Origin: Candidatus Cloacimonadales bacterium
Lineage (GTDB): Bacteria > Cloacimonadota > Cloacimonadia > Cloacimonadales > JAFGVF01
DNA length: 64,000 bases
Assembly: GCA_963663475.2 (NCBI GenBank)
Contig: CAXXJV010000001.1
Span: forward strand, 384,001-448,000
Direction of reading: 5' to 3'
Positions within the stretch are counted from its first letter, which is position 1. Each line of letters starts with the position of its first letter. This document shows positions 11,333-20,226 of this stretch, piece after piece. A model generated the notes under the pieces. It did not search any database, was not told the origin of the DNA, and saw nothing but the letters and a program-made list of their open reading frames with translations. The translations under genes were made by a program, and so were the position numbers.

Positions 11333-11525
11333 TCCCGAATAGTTGAGTAGAACTTTAGTAATACTTGACCAAAGCTTCGTATCACAGGTGAAGAGTGCTA
11401 GATTCTTTTAGCAAAATAGCTTACAGAATTCGCGCGCATATAACATATATATTCGGAAGGCTATGGATCTTACTTTTGCAAAAGAATATTCTGTTATTCT
11501 CAAAGGTCTAATGCATTATTTGGGT
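11333..11525 (+). mobile_element. Fold-back MITE family A, long variant with a ~30 bp internal insert
   Basis: tcccgaatagttgagtagaacttt ... aaaggtctaatgcattatttgggt ends; body homologous to 16353, 29473 and 30319. Confidence 0.85.
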
Positions 11526-11708
11526 TTATTGGCACTTAATTCTCAATAATGCACTAGACCTAGTGAAGAAGTTTAAAAAAAATTAAAGAAAATTCTTTAC
11601 AGTTTTGAAATATTTTAAGTTAATGATAAAATAGAAAAATTAGAGATTCAAAACATTCTAAAATTAGGCTCTTTGAGGTGCTAACGAATTAATTATTAAA
11701 GGAGACAT

Positions 11709-13430
11709 ATGAATAATGTATGGGAAATAGGGGTTGAATTAACCCTTAAGCAGAAGAAACTTAGAAACAAAATTGCCAGTACTTTAAAATGTCCTCGTAC
11801 GATAGCTACCCTCTTGATTAAAAAAGGGCTTGAGACACTAGAAGATATAGAGACTTTTCTAAATCCTAGTCTAGATCAGCTTCATGATCCCTATCTATTT
11901 AAGGATATGGATAAAGCTGTCACAAGAATCATTGATGCGATAGACAAGAATGAAAAAATAACAATTTATGGTGATTATGATGTTGATGGTACAACCTCAA
12001 CTTCAGTTCTTTTATTAGGTCTCACCAAGCTAGGCGCTATCATAGATTATTACATACCTCATAGAATGATAGATGGTTATGGACTTTCCATTTCTGGTTT
12101 AGAGCAAATCAAAGAGAATGGAACCAAGCTGATTATTTCTGTTGATTGTGGGATAAATGCTATTGATGAAGTTGAGCAAATTCATGATTATGGTATGGAG
12201 ATAATTATTACAGATCACCATAATCCTAAAGATGAGCTTCCCAAGGCATTAGCAGTTATCAATCCAAAGGTTGAGACTTCTGGTTACCCATTCCAAAAGT
12301 TAGCAGGTGTTGGGGTTGCTTATAAGCTATTAGTAGCAATTTATATGCGACTAGGCATAGCTAATGAAGAAAACGTTTCTAAATACCTAGATTTAGTAGC
12401 CCTAGGAACTATTGCTGATATAGTGCCATTAGAAGGAGAAAATAGAGTACTTTCTGCTCTTGGTCTGAATCACTTAATTAAAAAGAACAATCTTGGGTTA
12501 AAAGCTCTGATTGAATTTTCTAATTTAAATCAAAAAACTTTAAATTCATCTGACATTGTTTTCGGTTTAGCTCCCCGAATAAATGCTGCTGGAAGAATGG
12601 GATCTGCTGATGTAGCAGTTGAACTCTTAGTTTCAAATAATGAACAAGAAAGTAAAGAATTAGCAGAAAATATTGAGCATCAGAATTCTTTAAGGCAGCG
12701 GGAAGACCAGAAAACTTACCAAGAAGCTATTGAGATCATAGAAAAGAAATATAAAAATTTAGATGATACTGTTCTAATCATGCTATCTTCTGATTCTTGG
12801 CATCAAGGTGTGATTGGTATTGTAGCATCAAAACTAGTTGAACAGTTCAACAGACCAGTAATTATGATTTCGGTTAAAGATGGTATTGGCTCAGGCTCAG
12901 GAAGATCAATTCCTCAGTTAGACCTCTTTCAAGCTTTAACTGATAATGATGAAGATTTAATTAGTTTTGGTGGTCATAAGTATGCTGTTGGTATGACTCT
13001 TTATCAAGAGTACATAGATTTGTTTGAGAATAAATTATCTGATTATTTAAAGAATAAGCCTTACTCCCATGCTATTCAAAATACTATTTCCATAGACACC
13101 CATCTTGAGCTCTATGATATTAATAAGAATTTCTTAGCTTGGATAGAAAAGTTTTCTCCCTTTGGTTCAGGTAATAGGAGACCAGTATTCTACACTGAAA
13201 AAGTTAACGTCTCTACTTACCCCTATATTGTAGGAAGAAACCATCTCAAATTAAAAGTAATCAAAGACGGAGTTGAACTTGATTTAATTGGTTATAACTT
13301 AGGAGACTATTTAACTTCACTAAAAAAGAATTCTTCTTTAGATATAGCTTATTCAGTAGAAATTAACACCTTTTTTAAAAAAATGACTATTCAGGGTAAG
13401 TTACTTGACCTGAAAGTTAATAAGAATTAG
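11709..13430 (+). CDS. recJ: Single-stranded-DNA-specific exonuclease RecJ
   Basis: YGDYDVDG, VDCG, TDHH, PRINAAGR, GGH motifs. Confidence 0.97.
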   Translation: MNNVWEIGVELTLKQKKLRNKIASTLKCPRTIATLLIKKGLETLEDIETFLNPSLDQLHDPYLFKDMDKAVTRIIDAIDKNEKITIYGDYDVDGTTSTSVLLLGLTKLGAIIDYYIPHRMIDGYGLSISGLEQIKENGTKLIISVDCGINAIDEVEQIHDYGMEIIITDHHNPKDELPKALAVINPKVETSGYPFQKLAGVGVAYKLLVAIYMRLGIANEENVSKYLDLVALGTIADIVPLEGENRVLSALGLNHLIKKNNLGLKALIEFSNLNQKTLNSSDIVFGLAPRINAAGRMGSADVAVELLVSNNEQESKELAENIEHQNSLRQREDQKTYQEAIEIIEKKYKNLDDTVLIMLSSDSWHQGVIGIVASKLVEQFNRPVIMISVKDGIGSGSGRSIPQLDLFQALTDNDEDLISFGGHKYAVGMTLYQEYIDLFENKLSDYLKNKPYSHAIQNTISIDTHLELYDINKNFLAWIEKFSPFGSGNRRPVFYTEKVNVSTYPYIVGRNHLKLKVIKDGVELDLIGYNLGDYLTSLKKNSSLDIAYSVEINTFFKKMTIQGKLLDLKVNKN

Positions 13431-13436
13431 GGACTT

Positions 13437-14258
13437 ATGATAAGGAAAATCTCACTTATATTACTAGTTACTAGTCTTTTTCTCATTGCCTGTAGTCAAA
13501 ATACGCAAGTGTATAGTCAGATAGTTGAAATTGAAAAGATTGGTAACATTAGTCTTAATTTTGATATCAAAGATGTGGCCTATGAAACTTCCAGCAAAAT
13601 GCTTTATGTTGCCGAAGATTATAAAGATTTTGTTTGGATTTATCATAATTTTGACTTCCAGAACAAAATTGGAGGCAAGGGTAATAACACTAGGTCTTTC
13701 CAGTTACTTACCGATATTGAAGTTTCTGAAAATGGCAACCTACTTGCCTTGGATAATCTGCAAAAAAGAATAGCAATCTTTGATAAGGATGGTATTTATA
13801 AGAGTAGCCTTTCCTTGTCTCAATACTCTAACCCAAATAGATTTACCTTAGGAAGTGATGATTTAATCTACTTTTATGATAGAGATGATCAAGAAGTAGT
13901 CCTGCTAAATCTCCTAACAAATCAAGAATTCATGAGATTTGGAAAATTTGAAATTACTCTTCCCAAAGCTATTAGATTCATGAATGATTATCTTTTAGTC
14001 ACTACTGAAAACTACCAGACTGACATTTATTCTTCCTTAGGATCTTTTGTTGATAATTATCAACACTTAGCCCTTAAAGATAAATATCAAAACACTATTT
14101 CTCTTCATAATAACTTTATCTTTGTTAATGGCCAAGCACTCACAGCCCTTATCATGCAAAGTTCTCCGCAAGGAATCTTTCTAAAAGGTAAGACTTTAAT
14201 CGTTTATAGCCAAAATGAAATTTCACTTTTTAATTTAAAATATAAGACTCTCAATTAA
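13437..14258 (+). CDS. Lipoprotein, probable NHL/6-bladed beta-propeller
   Basis: Lipobox LIAC after a hydrophobic stretch; propeller-like repeats (DIEVSENGNLLALD, RIAIFDKDG). Confidence 0.7.
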   Translation: MIRKISLILLVTSLFLIACSQNTQVYSQIVEIEKIGNISLNFDIKDVAYETSSKMLYVAEDYKDFVWIYHNFDFQNKIGGKGNNTRSFQLLTDIEVSENGNLLALDNLQKRIAIFDKDGIYKSSLSLSQYSNPNRFTLGSDDLIYFYDRDDQEVVLLNLLTNQEFMRFGKFEITLPKAIRFMNDYLLVTTENYQTDIYSSLGSFVDNYQHLALKDKYQNTISLHNNFIFVNGQALTALIMQSSPQGIFLKGKTLIVYSQNEISLFNLKYKTLN

Positions 14259-14268
14259 TAGGACATTT

Positions 14269-15780
14269 ATGAATAAGACAAAACAAAAACTTCCCGCATT
14301 ATTTTTATTAATATTTTCAGCACTTATCTTAGGACTTAGTAGGTTTCCTGGATCTATGGGTATTTTTTCCTTCATTGGCTTTATACCTCTCTTTAGATAT
14401 TTTGATAGTGAGAAAAAAACTCACAGTAAACTCTTGCTATCTGCCTTTGTTTTCTCTTTAGTTAATACCTTAGTTGCATATCATTGGATTGGACTAGTCA
14501 CTATTCCTGGTCTCATTGGTATGGTTTTTCTCTTTGCTTTCTATTATTGGGGAGTATTTATTTATCTAAATCAAGTATGGAATAAGCAGGAATGGCTAAA
14601 ATGGCTAGGCTTTATTTCTATTTGGTTAACCTTCGAACTCTTCTTATTTTATACAGAATTACGTTTCCCTTGGTTAAATATTGGCTATGCTTTAAGTAAT
14701 TTTAACCTTTTAACCCAAATAGCTGATATTGGAGGTATTCATCTCATTTCTGTTGCCATTATCATTTCAAACATCTTGCTATATCGCCTTCTATCTGGAG
14801 CTAAGACAGCCCTTTATCTGCTAATTATCTTCTTCTCACTTTGGTTAGGTTATGGATATGTAAGATACAATAGTATAAAGCTTGAACTAGCAGACTTAAA
14901 AATTAAGATGATGCAACCCTCAATTGATACTAATAAGTTTGATATCCCCACTGAAGATATCCTAGCTATTTATGAAAAACAAGCTTACTACGCCTCTTTA
15001 GAAGATTTAGATTTATTTATCTGGCCTGAAGCAGCAGTAACAGACTTCCCGCTCAGGAAAAAAGATTTCGGAAGTGGTAAGAGAATTAGAGATCTAGCCA
15101 AGAAGTACAAGTTAAATATATTCTTTGGTACTACTGATGCAGTTGAAGCCCCTGAAGACCATCCAGAACCATTCTATTACTACAATACTGCCACTCTTCT
15201 TAGATATCCTGAAGATGTCTTTGAAGACCCCTATTACAAAATGTACTTAGTCCCGGTAGGCGAAAGAATGCCCTATTTAAACCTCTTCCCTTTTCTCTGG
15301 AAACTACAGTTTGGTCAAGCCAACTGGGAATTTGGTAAAGAACTTAAATTCTATAAAATTAAAAATAAAAATGGCCAAGAATTCACTTTTTCACCCCAAA
15401 TTTGTTATGAAATTATCTTTCCAGAAATTTCTAATAAGATGGTTAGACAAGGACTTGACTTTATTGTTAATCTAACTAATGATGCCTGGTTTAAAAAATC
15501 AATTGGCACCTATCAACACGCAATGATGACCAGAATAAGAGCAATTGAGACAAGAACTCCCTTTATTCGTTGTGCTAATACTGGCCATTCCTTAGCTGTA
15601 TCACCAAATGGAAGGATAGAAACTTACACTAAACTCTATGATGTAGCTAATTTTCAAGCTCCTGTTTATACAACAAAGAGTAAATCTCTCTATGTTTTTT
15701 ACTTGTTTTGGCTACCTTTCATCTTTCCTATTTCTGCTTTGGTGATTTTTTTCCTTGCCAAAATTAAATATAATAAATGA
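14269..15780 (+). CDS. lnt: Apolipoprotein N-acyltransferase
   Basis: Multi-TM; WPE, K..LVP.GE, ICYE catalytic motifs, NDAWF, RAIE. Confidence 0.96.
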   Translation: MNKTKQKLPALFLLIFSALILGLSRFPGSMGIFSFIGFIPLFRYFDSEKKTHSKLLLSAFVFSLVNTLVAYHWIGLVTIPGLIGMVFLFAFYYWGVFIYLNQVWNKQEWLKWLGFISIWLTFELFLFYTELRFPWLNIGYALSNFNLLTQIADIGGIHLISVAIIISNILLYRLLSGAKTALYLLIIFFSLWLGYGYVRYNSIKLELADLKIKMMQPSIDTNKFDIPTEDILAIYEKQAYYASLEDLDLFIWPEAAVTDFPLRKKDFGSGKRIRDLAKKYKLNIFFGTTDAVEAPEDHPEPFYYYNTATLLRYPEDVFEDPYYKMYLVPVGERMPYLNLFPFLWKLQFGQANWEFGKELKFYKIKNKNGQEFTFSPQICYEIIFPEISNKMVRQGLDFIVNLTNDAWFKKSIGTYQHAMMTRIRAIETRTPFIRCANTGHSLAVSPNGRIETYTKLYDVANFQAPVYTTKSKSLYVFYLFWLPFIFPISALVIFFLAKIKYNK

Positions 15781-15911
15781 AATAGTTCTAAGAATAGATA
15801 TTAACCTTTGGATAAAGATTCACTTTGGATTAGATGATAATTAACTAAGCATGTCTCCGAGTGATAAAATAACTAAACTTGATTATTAGACAGTCTTAAT
15901 TTAAGGATAAA

Positions 15912-16262
15912 ATGGAAAAATTATATTATACTATTACAGAAGTTAGTAAACTTTTAGATATTAAACCTTATGTCATAAGATATTGGGAAACAGAGTTTCC
16001 TCAAATACGCAGGAGTAGGAAAAGTGGGCGTAACAGACGCTATAATCAAAAGGAATATGAGACTATATGTATTATTAAAGACCTGCTTTATGACAAAAAA
16101 TATACAATTAAGGGAGCAAAACAAGCTCTCAAAGATAATGTAAATCCTCCAGTAAATGAGGCTGCTCCCAAAGAAATAACAAGTCCACAACAAGAATTAA
16201 AAAACATAAAAGATTTACTAGGAAAGATTAAAAAAATAGTAGAAGAATTTAAACACGAATAG
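15912..16262 (+). CDS. MerR-type HTH regulator
   Basis: KLYYTITEV..VIRYWETEFP..R.Y..YTIKGA. Confidence 0.9.
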   Translation: MEKLYYTITEVSKLLDIKPYVIRYWETEFPQIRRSRKSGRNRRYNQKEYETICIIKDLLYDKKYTIKGAKQALKDNVNPPVNEAAPKEITSPQQELKNIKDLLGKIKKIVEEFKHE

Positions 16263-16350
16263 TACATTTGAACTTTTGGTGAAGAGAGCTAGATTCTTTT
16301 AGCAAAATAAGATTCTGCTATTCTCAAAGATTTATTGCATTATTTTGGTT
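16253..16350 (+). repeat. Degenerate short MITE family A copy overlapping the merR stop
   Basis: acacgaatagtacatttgaacttt..gaagagagctagattcttttagcaaaata..attctcaaagatttattgcattattttgg. Confidence 0.7.
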
Positions 16351-16352
16351 AA

Positions 16353-16515
16353 ACCCAGATAGTGTAGTAGAGCTTTAGTGAAGAGTGCAGATTATTCTAG
16401 CAAAATAGCTTACAGAATTTTGACGCATATATTTTATATATTCGGAGAAATTATGGATCTTACTTTTGCAGAAGAATATAGTGCTGTTCACAAAGGTCTA
16501 CTGCATTATTTGGGT
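16353..16515 (+). mobile_element. Fold-back MITE family A, full 163-bp copy
   Basis: ACCC...GGGT ends; differs from 29473-29635 at only 2 positions by eye. Confidence 0.9.
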
Positions 16516-16540
16516 TAAATAGTATAGTAAGCTAAACTTA

Positions 16541-17155
16541 TTACTTAACAAGTCCTAATAAGGCAAGAACTGCCATTCCTATCATTAAGACTCCTGATGC
16601 CTTTCTAATGACTAATTGAAATTTATCAGAAACCAGTTTTTTAAAATGGCCTACTAGATAAGACATTGTTACCCACCAAGAAATTGATCCAAGCATAATC
16701 CCTCCTACAACTGTTGGGATATCAAAGCTTTTATTCTGGGGATCTACAATAATATGAAAGAGGATGAAGATTTGGAGAAAGACAAATATAGTAGGTGGAT
16801 TAATGATTGCAATTAAAAAGGTGTTTCTAAATTCATGGTGTAATTTGGGTGGTTTCTTAGGTTGACCTAAAGATTTCTTTAAAAGTATCCTGAGGCCAAG
16901 CAGGATTAACACTGAAGCAGAAACTATCCTAACTACAAGATTATGTCTTGTTAAGAATTCATCAATTTGCATTACTCCAAGAGATGCTATCAAAGCAAAA
17001 ATAGTATCAGCTGTAGCACTTCCTAAGCCTGCAGCTAAACCATTCTTTCTTCCCTTCTCTAGAATTCTATGAAGAGCATAAAAAGTTATTGGTCCTGAAG
17101 GTAATGAAGTTATTACACCTGTAATAAATGCTTTTATAAATAGTAGTATGTTCAT
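16541..17155 (-). CDS. LysE family translocator
   Basis: P.GP N-terminal motif, G.ATAD, INP motif, multiple TMs. Confidence 0.88.
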   Translation of the reverse strand: MNILLFIKAFITGVITSLPSGPITFYALHRILEKGRKNGLAAGLGSATADTIFALIASLGVMQIDEFLTRHNLVVRIVSASVLILLGLRILLKKSLGQPKKPPKLHHEFRNTFLIAIINPPTIFVFLQIFILFHIIVDPQNKSFDIPTVVGGIMLGSISWWVTMSYLVGHFKKLVSDKFQLVIRKASGVLMIGMAVLALLGLVK

Positions 17156-17270
17156 ATTATCTCTTGATTTCTTTCATATTTTATTTGAATAACTAAAATG
17201 CTGATTGACAGATTCTGTAAAGTTTTTTTTTCTTAATGAATATAATAAAATAATGTAAGAGAAGAATAAA

Positions 17271-17543
17271 ATGATAGTTATAGGTATATTTTTTTTAGGT
17301 GTTTTACTAGGTTCAATTGGCAAAAAGTATCAAAGACTATTCTATTATAGTGAGATTTTAACATCTGTGAGTCTTTATCTTTTGCTTCTTTTTTTAGGAA
17401 TTTCAATAGGCAAGAATTCCGAAATTATTGATAATATGGCTTCAATTGGATTAAAGGGATTTTCTTTTGCAATAGCTTCCGCTTTGGGATCTATTATCTT
17501 AATTATCCCCCTCTACCTAATCTTCCCTAAAAAGGACAAATAA
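17271..17543 (+). CDS. LysO/DUF340 family transporter, small subunit
   Basis: LLLFLGISIG.N motif; coupled to the next gene. Confidence 0.75.
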   Translation: MIVIGIFFLGVLLGSIGKKYQRLFYYSEILTSVSLYLLLLFLGISIGKNSEIIDNMASIGLKGFSFAIASALGSIILIIPLYLIFPKKDK

Positions 17544-18148
17544 TGGGAAATTCTTTTAAACTATTATTGATCTTTTTAGCTGGCATTGGCCTAGGGCTAG
17601 TAAATATACTGCCAAGTAATCTTAATATTGATAAGATTTCAGAATATCTGCTTTATCTCCTAGTTTTGAGTATTGGGATAAGTATAGCTAAATCAGAAGG
17701 AATTCTCAAAATAATCAAAACTTATCATTTAAAACTCTTCCTTCTTCCTCTTTTTATTACCATAGGTAGCCTGCTAGCAAGCCTTATATTAGGCTTTTTC
17801 TACTCTGATATATCTTTAAAAGACTCTTTAGGTCTAGGAGCAGGTTTGGGATATTACAGTTTATCTAGCCTCATGATCTCTCAATATGGCTTCAAAGAAA
17901 TTGGAGCTATTGCTCTTATTAGCAATATTATTAGAGAAATCTCAACTTTAATCTTAGCCCCTCTCATGATAAAAGTATTTGGACGATTCTCACCAATAGC
18001 AAGTGCAGGAGCTACTTCTATGGATACTACTCTAGCTGTTATTATGAAATATACAGACAAGGAAAATGCTATAATTTCTATGTTTAATGGGGTAACATTG
18101 AGTATTCTTGTACCTCTACTAATTACTTTAATCTACGAAATTTTATAA
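17543..18148 (+). CDS. LysO/DUF340 family lysine exporter
   Basis: GLGYYSLS, NIIRE, GATSMDTTL motifs. Confidence 0.9.
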   Translation: MGNSFKLLLIFLAGIGLGLVNILPSNLNIDKISEYLLYLLVLSIGISIAKSEGILKIIKTYHLKLFLLPLFITIGSLLASLILGFFYSDISLKDSLGLGAGLGYYSLSSLMISQYGFKEIGAIALISNIIREISTLILAPLMIKVFGRFSPIASAGATSMDTTLAVIMKYTDKENAIISMFNGVTLSILVPLLITLIYEIL

Positions 18149-18189
18149 AAGTAAAATCCAGATTAGCATAAAAAAGACTGTTTCCTTTT

Positions 18190-18275
18190 GGCTCTTTCTC
18201 AAGTAGACTGGAATTCCTCAACCCTAGATAAGGACTTAGGACGGAGTCATTTCCCACTCTACTCGGGAGAGAGCC
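18190..18275. repeat. Imperfect inverted repeat enclosing a dispersed ~45 bp motif (family E)
   Basis: ggctctttctcaagtagactggaa...ttcccactctactcgggagagagcc; inner ttcctcaaccctagataaggacttaggac recurs near 59298 and inverted near 29733. Confidence 0.7.
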
Positions 18276-18334
18276 TTACTTGTTGATTATATTCTTTGCA
18301 TAAAAACTAATATCTATTAACTTTTATTATATAA

Positions 18335-18400
18335 TCTCATTGATGCAGTAGAGCTAAAGAATATTCTGCTATTCTCAAAGATCTACTAACTTATTTGGGA
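18335..18400 (+). repeat. Degenerate mini MITE family A copy
   Basis: gatgcagtagagct..attctcaaagatctactaacttatttggga. Confidence 0.65.
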
Positions 18401-18420
18401 TAATAAATAATGGAGTTTTA

Positions 18421-19047
18421 ATGAAAATAAAAAATATAATTTGGGATTTTGATGGAACTATAATGGATACTTATCCAGCTATTGCTACTGCAACTTACAA
18501 TATAGCCAAGAAGAATAATATTGAAACTACTTATGACCAGATTCTTAAAATGACCAAAGTCACCCTTCGCTATGCTCTTGAGTTTATAGCTGATAAGACT
18601 TCTAAATCTTACCCTGACCTCTTCCAAGAATATCTACATGAATATGATAACTATGATATATCTAAACTACCTGTCTTTGATAAGGTTGTTGATATCCTAA
18701 CTTTCATAAAAGATCAGGGAGGAAAAAACTATATTATTACTCACCGAGGAAAAGCTTCTCTTATTAAACATCTTCAGGAGAAAAAGCTTGATAACTTCTT
18801 TTCTTACTTGATAACTGGAGATTGTGATTTCCCTAGAAAACCTCAAGCTGATGCCTTTATCTTTCTGCGAGATAAGTATCAATTAAGCAATAAAGATACT
18901 ATTGTAGTTGGAGATAGGTTGCTAGATGTCCAAGCTGGATATGGGGCTGGTTTCAAAGGTATTCTCTATAAAAACCCTAGTGATTTCTCAGGTAAGCTAA
19001 AATCTATCGATGATTACAAAGAGCTATTAGACCTTGTTCAGAATTAG
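18421..19047 (+). CDS. HAD-superfamily hydrolase
   Basis: WDFDGTIMD, RKP, VGDRLLD motifs. Confidence 0.93.
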   Translation: MKIKNIIWDFDGTIMDTYPAIATATYNIAKKNNIETTYDQILKMTKVTLRYALEFIADKTSKSYPDLFQEYLHEYDNYDISKLPVFDKVVDILTFIKDQGGKNYIITHRGKASLIKHLQEKKLDNFFSYLITGDCDFPRKPQADAFIFLRDKYQLSNKDTIVVGDRLLDVQAGYGAGFKGILYKNPSDFSGKLKSIDDYKELLDLVQN

Positions 19048-19053
19048 TGAAAG

Positions 19054-20103
19054 TTAAGAAAAAAGACTCCTGAGGTAATCATCATTTTGAGAACTTAGTT
19101 TAACTTTTAGAATATAATAAGGAAGTGAGAAGCTAGGTAAGGATTGTAGTTTTACGTAATCCTTTTCGGTAACTACTAAAGAATTTAACTTATATTTACT
19201 TATAGCTGCATTAATTCTCTCCCGGAAGTTGGGATCTTGGAAATCAAAATGATCTGAGAGTTTGAAGTGCATCTCATAAGTCAAGCCATATGTTCTAGCA
19301 GTCTTTTCAAAACCTTGAGGATAGCCTATACCTGATAAAAGAGCATTTCTCCCCTTATTAACTTCTGCTAAATCAACTTGATTATCATTACTATCATATA
19401 AGCCAATAGGCTGATAGTTAAACTTTAAAATCTCCTTACCTGAGTTAAGCAAGTTCAGGGGGATATGACTTTCATCTAACTGATTCCAAATTATGGCAGT
19501 AACATATTGAAGAGACTTTAGTGATTCTCTTAATAAGCCAGCTGGTAGAACAAAACCATTTCCTAAAGCAAAACCAGAGTTAAAGACTACAAAATCATAA
19601 TCATGTTCTACTCGCAGATGCTGAAAAGAATCATCTAGGATTACATAATCGGTATCTGGATATTCTGATTCTATAAGCTTTAAGGCTTGACTTCTATCTC
19701 TACCCACTACTATGGGGATACCTGGCAATTTCTTAGCAAGCAATAAGGGCTCATCTCCAGCTTTAAGGGCTAATTCAAAGATTTGTTGCTTATTAGAGAT
19801 AAAAACTGTTTTATTCTCATATTCTCCTTTGTAGCCCCTATGTGATACTACCACCTTCTTACCTAAAGATTCTAGGAGATTACAAAGATAAATAGTAAAA
19901 GGAGTTTTACCTGCTCCTCCCGAAACTATGTTACCAATACTAATAACTTTTAGCTTAGATTTATAGGCTTTTTTCAACTTCTTTCGGTACAAGAAACGTC
20001 TTAAGCTTTGTATAGAAGCGTAAAGAAGACTAGGAGCTAAAAGTAGGTATGATAAAAGCGACCTTTTTCTGAGATGCTTATCAATAAAAGTCTGAATATC
20101 CAT
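19054..20103 (-). CDS. lpxK: Tetraacyldisaccharide 4'-kinase
   Basis: GNIVSGGAGKTP, RGY, GDEP, LDDSFQH, PAGLLRE, TEKD. Confidence 0.96.
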   Translation of the reverse strand: MDIQTFIDKHLRKRSLLSYLLLAPSLLYASIQSLRRFLYRKKLKKAYKSKLKVISIGNIVSGGAGKTPFTIYLCNLLESLGKKVVVSHRGYKGEYENKTVFISNKQQIFELALKAGDEPLLLAKKLPGIPIVVGRDRSQALKLIESEYPDTDYVILDDSFQHLRVEHDYDFVVFNSGFALGNGFVLPAGLLRESLKSLQYVTAIIWNQLDESHIPLNLLNSGKEILKFNYQPIGLYDSNDNQVDLAEVNKGRNALLSGIGYPQGFEKTARTYGLTYEMHFKLSDHFDFQDPNFRERINAAISKYKLNSLVVTEKDYVKLQSLPSFSLPYYILKVKLSSQNDDYLRSLFS

Positions 20104-20226
20104 TGCTTATCCTTTTACTAATTATATTTTATAAGTCACTATAAATAATCAGTCATTAATCTGTCAAATAATCAATGAAGAGAAATTATTCTTGCCAAAA
20201 AAATAGGATAAATAATCTAATACAAT

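Noticed and set aside
17271-18148. Frameshifted lysO pseudogene
   Set aside because: The two ORFs are coupled by a TAATG stop/start overlap with an RBS; a two-gene form of this family is plausible
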